From: Candidatus Iainarchaeum sp. | GTDB lineage: Archaea; Iainarchaeota; Iainarchaeia; Iainarchaeales; JAZDEL01 | Length of the DNA: 32,000 nucleotides | Assembly (NCBI GenBank): GCA_043808785.1 | Contig: JAZDEL010000004.1 | Location: forward strand, 90,001-122,000 | Direction of reading: 5' to 3' | Part shown: positions 29,801 through 32,000 of the stretch, piece after piece | Position numbering within the stretch: the first letter of the stretch is position 1 | Layout of the letters: each line of letters opens with the position of its first letter | Program-made: the position numbers and the translations under genes | The notes under the pieces: generated by a model | Database searches by the model: none | Seen by the model: the letters and a program-made list of their open reading frames with translations, nothing else | Told to the model about the DNA's origin: nothing

Positions 29801-31323
29801 AGTGCGACAACAAGCTGAAGGTTTGTGTCTATGGCGTTACCGCGGCAATAAAGAAGAGTGGGGTCTCGGATTACTGCCACGCGGGTGCAACCGTGAGTTA
29901 CGGCGAGCCAGGCTGCATATTCGGGCCCTATGACCCGCTGACAGGGCAGCCAGCGGGCTGGAGCAGCAATGACGGCACGCCGGCATACGTGCTGTTCTAC
30001 ATGAGCGACAAGTATGCGGAAGGCGACAAGGTGTCGCTCTGGTGCAAGGGCACAGATAACCCGGAATCCAAAGATGCATACTTGAAAAAGAACGCGCCTT
30101 CTTACGATTGGGGCTATGTGCAATGGTACGTCAAAGGCTCGACAACCAACAACTGCGACCCGTGCAAAAAGGACACCACGCTTAGGGCAATGTATGACAA
30201 CAAAGGCATGGCATTCGACTGCACGGCGCTGTGCCAGAACACCACGGCGCCGCAGCCCGAATGCGGAAACGGGACCAAAGAGGGCGAAGAAGAATGTGAT
30301 GCCCCCGACCTTGATAACAAGCAGTGCAGCGATTTCACCGATTCTAAGGGCAATCAGTACAAATACGGCGAACTGAAATGCACAAGCGGCTGTGAGTTCG
30401 ACACAAGCGGCTGCGGCTACTGCGGCGACGGCGACATCGACTTACCCTACGAGCAGTGCGACGGCGGAGGCTGCGGGGCGGGGGAAACGTGCAGCGACTC
30501 GTGCTTCTGCACGGGCGGCGGCGGAACTGACGAGGACGTTTCAATAAGAATTCTCAGCGCAAACCCGCCGGGGGTCATCCAGGGCAGAAGCGTAGTGATT
30601 TCTGCCGGAATAGAGAACAGCTATAGCGAGAGCAAAACCCTGGATGTTAAGTTCGAGATAAAAAACACCAGCAACCCGGGCTTTAAAGAGAAAACCTGCT
30701 ATGAGCAGGTTACGATCGGCCCAGGAACCGGGCAGTCAGTCACACATTCGTTTGGCGGCAGCGGCGGTTTCGGCATCATGCGCTGCGGGGACGACGTTTA
30801 CTTCGACAATATTGGGGACAGATACCGGGCAATTGTGAGCATTGAAGGCATCGAACCGCCGGAGGCGGACGACGACACATCGGATAACTACAAGGACGAT
30901 GCATATTTCGAAATCGTCAGGGGCATAACCCCGCCGTCGGAAACGTTGGAGGACTGCTTCAACGGCGAGGATGACGACGGCGACGGCTTGATTGACTGCA
31001 TGGACAAGGACTGCCCGTGCCCGAGCGGAGAAACATGCAACCCGACGACATATAAGTGCGAGGCGACAGGCACGCCCGGCCGCTGCGGTGACGGCAACTT
31101 TGACCCAAGCACCGAGCAGTGCGACGAATCCGCAGGTGTCGGCGACGATTACTGCGTTAGCCAGCACGGCGGCGAAGCTGGCTGGACGTGCCAGAACTGC
31201 ATCTGCGTACCGCCCGGGGGCGGCGGCACAGGCGGCGGCTTCATCCCCGAACTGCCGATTTTCTTCGTGCCAGCGATGCTCGGCGCAGTGCTTGCGATAA
31301 TTTTCCTGAGCCGCAGGAAATAG
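26890..31323 (+). CDS. large Cys-rich cell-surface protein (1477 aa): signal-anchor, beta-helix-like repeats, Cys-rich repeats, CARDB-like module, C-terminal TM anchor
   Basis: The N-terminal hydrophobic segment is GALLFVAVIAVCLAGAAGIVA. GG.I/N..F-type repeats (NGNFSITGASNITLENGSDISAFGGGL, GGDLKLTGGSAI) suggest a parallel beta-helix. Cys-rich repeats include CGNGTKEGEEECD, CGDGDIDLPYEQCD and CGDGNFDPSTEQCDES. There is also CFNGEDDDGDGLIDCMDKDC. The C-terminus is GGFIPELPIFFVPAMLGAVLAIIFLSRRK. Confidence 0.85.
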   Translation: MVILAGKGALLFVAVIAVCLAGAAGIVATSTSIPGFGSGEWQGPGTQPGGGIDIGGGDIGNIGDDIITGDTIQNGGPSVCKWGTLCICDSVDTSGNTLTCIISKDATIYDEDPDCDITKKESCSANIKTFWQLRSANYASYTHVVWKFVNTKSTEFKIKSPAYGETFAGKIFGSGGVKFDIEMNNAGIFTNGNFSITGASNITLENGSDISAFGGGLTPNFVEMESIGGDLKLTGGSAIRRSFRGKGGTFSANNIIVEDSAIASEASVVKGAGGKIDGIIKANNLMRLKNEHCGTGYSPQDCEDPLGAGNPDVGFTKLNTFEFLSYDPYVPHNAQKLNYRIEAGRLEMQNTNLKIAYNGEEIHAGELDMTDSRIECIGQESLIDDPAEKNPIAYDCTMSVTGNAAIKGRHSNRKIAYPSDIELPKRSIDGFKTINVSGNLALSSEAYIYNLGKIDDCWSQPKQSSKIGNTPLQEKALTVGGALTMNGSRIDGWANVGISAGSAKLEGILWNAYRNDDLYNDSLNKFTMFPYGSTDGVPNNDYDDEATLWNIAKFKVGNGFADKLDISGGAKLMRLGYIGVKAVEVAGEFATDSSTTHCETGCEISACSASAKGTPSKFEAWSGKGGQSLALTTCPAASDDDGSGKKYNVSAGALTVKCETGNEQCIENINWNGTPKIEKNTDCGKCESKDFKCIKPMTANPASQADTGKFPTDIKAQYTSPIGANNISIDCSTDAENRFPPVTKSGNTATAQCIFKALGNPGYAVHKVSENYCGTIDVPHGTPYCYDITANPNSEPDFSKGFPSTVKVFFKGKPTSAVTVDCNNGTKWTVTADKIKDGPLAGGTPEYYYAEGVCTYAPIMNYDCVKNFYDNMKYNIKASGVSQSSSCIEQVQHGTCLDTCHLEPKEVKKYSGAAFTQNFTYVLENTKSNFEGAEVEVSCGNGKPAYKNGNPSDQKITISGGKAEFTCAYDKCDNKLKVCVYGVTAAIKKSGVSDYCHAGATVSYGEPGCIFGPYDPLTGQPAGWSSNDGTPAYVLFYMSDKYAEGDKVSLWCKGTDNPESKDAYLKKNAPSYDWGYVQWYVKGSTTNNCDPCKKDTTLRAMYDNKGMAFDCTALCQNTTAPQPECGNGTKEGEEECDAPDLDNKQCSDFTDSKGNQYKYGELKCTSGCEFDTSGCGYCGDGDIDLPYEQCDGGGCGAGETCSDSCFCTGGGGTDEDVSIRILSANPPGVIQGRSVVISAGIENSYSESKTLDVKFEIKNTSNPGFKEKTCYEQVTIGPGTGQSVTHSFGGSGGFGIMRCGDDVYFDNIGDRYRAIVSIEGIEPPEADDDTSDNYKDDAYFEIVRGITPPSETLEDCFNGEDDDGDGLIDCMDKDCPCPSGETCNPTTYKCEATGTPGRCGDGNFDPSTEQCDESAGVGDDYCVSQHGGEAGWTCQNCICVPPGGGGTGGGFIPELPIFFVPAMLGAVLAIIFLSRRK

Positions 31324-31348
31324 GCGTTCCGCCAAATGCTGGCAAGGC

Positions 31349-31362
31349 AAATAAATTTATTA
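31349..31362 (+). promoter_or_regulatory. TATA-like box for hicBA
   Basis: AAATAAATTTATTA is centred about 27 nt upstream of the ATG at 31383, which suggests a leaderless transcript. Confidence 0.4.
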
Positions 31363-31382
31363 ACTCATTCAGGCACTAATTA

Positions 31383-31613
31383 ATGGTGAGACAAATGAAA
31401 AAAAGGTTCTTTGAGGTTGTAATCGAAAAGGACGAGGAAGGCTGGTATATCGCGGATGTTCCCGCACTTCAGTCGTGCCACACACAGGGCAGGACAAAGC
31501 AGGAAGTCCTGAAGAACATAAAGGAAGCGATAGAACTCTGCCTCGAAGTAGAGGCGGACAAGGCAAAGAGCAGCGGGTTCGTGGGCATAGAAAAGGTCTC
31601 GGTTTATGCCTGA
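31383..31613 (+). CDS. hicB: HicB-family antitoxin (76 aa)
   Basis: FEVVIEKDEEGWYIADVPALQSCHTQGRTKQEVLKNIKEAIELCLEV is the typical HicB N-terminal (RNase H-like fold) signature. It overlaps hicA by 8 nt. Confidence 0.8.
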   Translation: MVRQMKKRFFEVVIEKDEEGWYIADVPALQSCHTQGRTKQEVLKNIKEAIELCLEVEADKAKSSGFVGIEKVSVYA

Positions 31614-31824
31614 AACAATAAAAACCCACAAACTGCTGAAACTGCTCAAGGAACTCGGCTTCGGGCAGGTTAGGCAGAAGGGTTCACACGTATTTTTCCA
31701 GCATCCTGACGGCAGGACAACATTGGTTCCGCTGCACAGCGAGATACGTGCTAAACTTCTCACAAAAATAATAAAGCAGGATTTGAAAATGGATAAAGAG
31801 GAATTCTTCAGGAAACTAGGGTGA
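31606..31824 (+). CDS. hicA: HicA-family mRNA interferase toxin (72 aa)
   Basis: KLLKLLKELGFGQVRQKGSHVFFQHPDGRTTLVPLHS contains the conserved G-S-H motif of the HicA/YcfA family. Its ATG lies inside the hicB 3' end (ATGCCTGA overlap). Confidence 0.8.
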   Translation: MPETIKTHKLLKLLKELGFGQVRQKGSHVFFQHPDGRTTLVPLHSEIRAKLLTKIIKQDLKMDKEEFFRKLG

Positions 31825-31850
31825 ACGCGCTCAGAGCATGCGCTGCATCC

Positions 31851-32000
31851 CTATTTATTCCCAAGTTCGGAAAGCAGTTCCCCTGTTGAAATAATTTTCA
31901 CCCTGTTCTGCCTTTTCAGCGCTGCATCGTTCGACCAGACGGTGCAGCCAAGGTGCAGGGCAAGGGCGATGTATGCGACATCATCTCTATCGGGGGAGAT
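31851..32000 (-). CDS. PIN-domain protein, C-terminal 49 codons (gene continues beyond the window)
   Basis: My own translation of the minus strand is ISPDRDDVAYIALALHLGCTVWSNDAALKRQNRVKIISTGELLSELGNK*. The pattern DD..(Y/F)(I/L)ALA......(I/V)WSND is typical of archaeal PIN-family C-termini. The stop (TAG) is at 31851-31853. Confidence 0.55.
   Translation of the reverse strand: MSPDRDDVAYIALALHLGCTVWSNDAALKRQNRVKIISTGELLSELGNK

Noticed and set aside
30736-31350. 204-aa minus-strand ORF, plus other antisense ORFs inside the 26890-31323 gene (e.g. 26779-27318, 28393-29040, 29545-30123).
   Set aside because: These are shadow ORFs. The + frame has signal/anchor, repeat and C-terminal anchor logic throughout.
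1-32000. Scan of the intergenic regions for tRNA, rRNA or other canonical RNA genes.
   Set aside because: By eye, no cloverleaf-compatible segment with a T-loop GTTC(G/A)A motif in proper context, and no rRNA-like conserved blocks, were seen. A tRNAscan/Infernal run would be the proper check.

Overview
This is an archaeal-type 32-kb segment, GC-rich and mostly coding on the + strand. A/T-rich TATA-like boxes sit 25-45 nt upstream of many starts, and several genes look leaderless or short-leadered. All family assignments below are by-eye motif recognition; no searches or computations were run.

Content from left to right:
1. Two tandem, colinear, mutually homologous giant ORFs (262-7566, 2434 aa; 7736-14914, 2392 aa) fill about 45% of the window. 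Each has an N-terminal signal-anchor, many prealbumin/CarboxypepD_reg-like beta-sandwich repeats, a central Gly/Ala-rich hydrophobic region, and a conserved C-terminal region of roughly 800 aa that I cannot assign to any family.
2. A 59-codon ORF (14924-15103) is a third copy of the N-terminal module only.
3. That ORF ends where a tnpB-only IS200/IS605-type element begins (tnpB 15334-16473, RuvC D-E-D and zinc finger intact). The element is flanked by related GC-rich hairpin repeats.
4. An array of four weakly paralogous small 3-TM membrane proteins plus a fifth small membrane protein spans 16508-18659.
5. Next come an acidic coiled-coil protein (-), a 224-aa protein with protein-kinase-like motif order, a HerA/DUF87-like homologue with degenerate Walker A, Walker B and GRK motifs, and a second coiled-coil protein (-).
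6. A family-B DNA polymerase is split in motif C (YGD/TDS) by a 421-aa Ser1/Thr+1 LAGLIDADG intein.
7. A 1477-aa Cys-rich adhesin-like surface protein carries a C-terminal sorting-signal-like anchor.
8. hicB-hicA and the 3' part of a PIN-domain gene close the window.

No rRNA, tRNA or convincing CRISPR array was seen.

The most interesting items are:
- the giant paralog pair and its truncated third copy next to the IS;
- the small-membrane-protein array together with the degenerate HerA-like protein;
- a dual-palindrome intergenic element shared, with compensatory stem changes, by the upstream regions of the HerA-like gene and the Cys-rich surface-protein gene.
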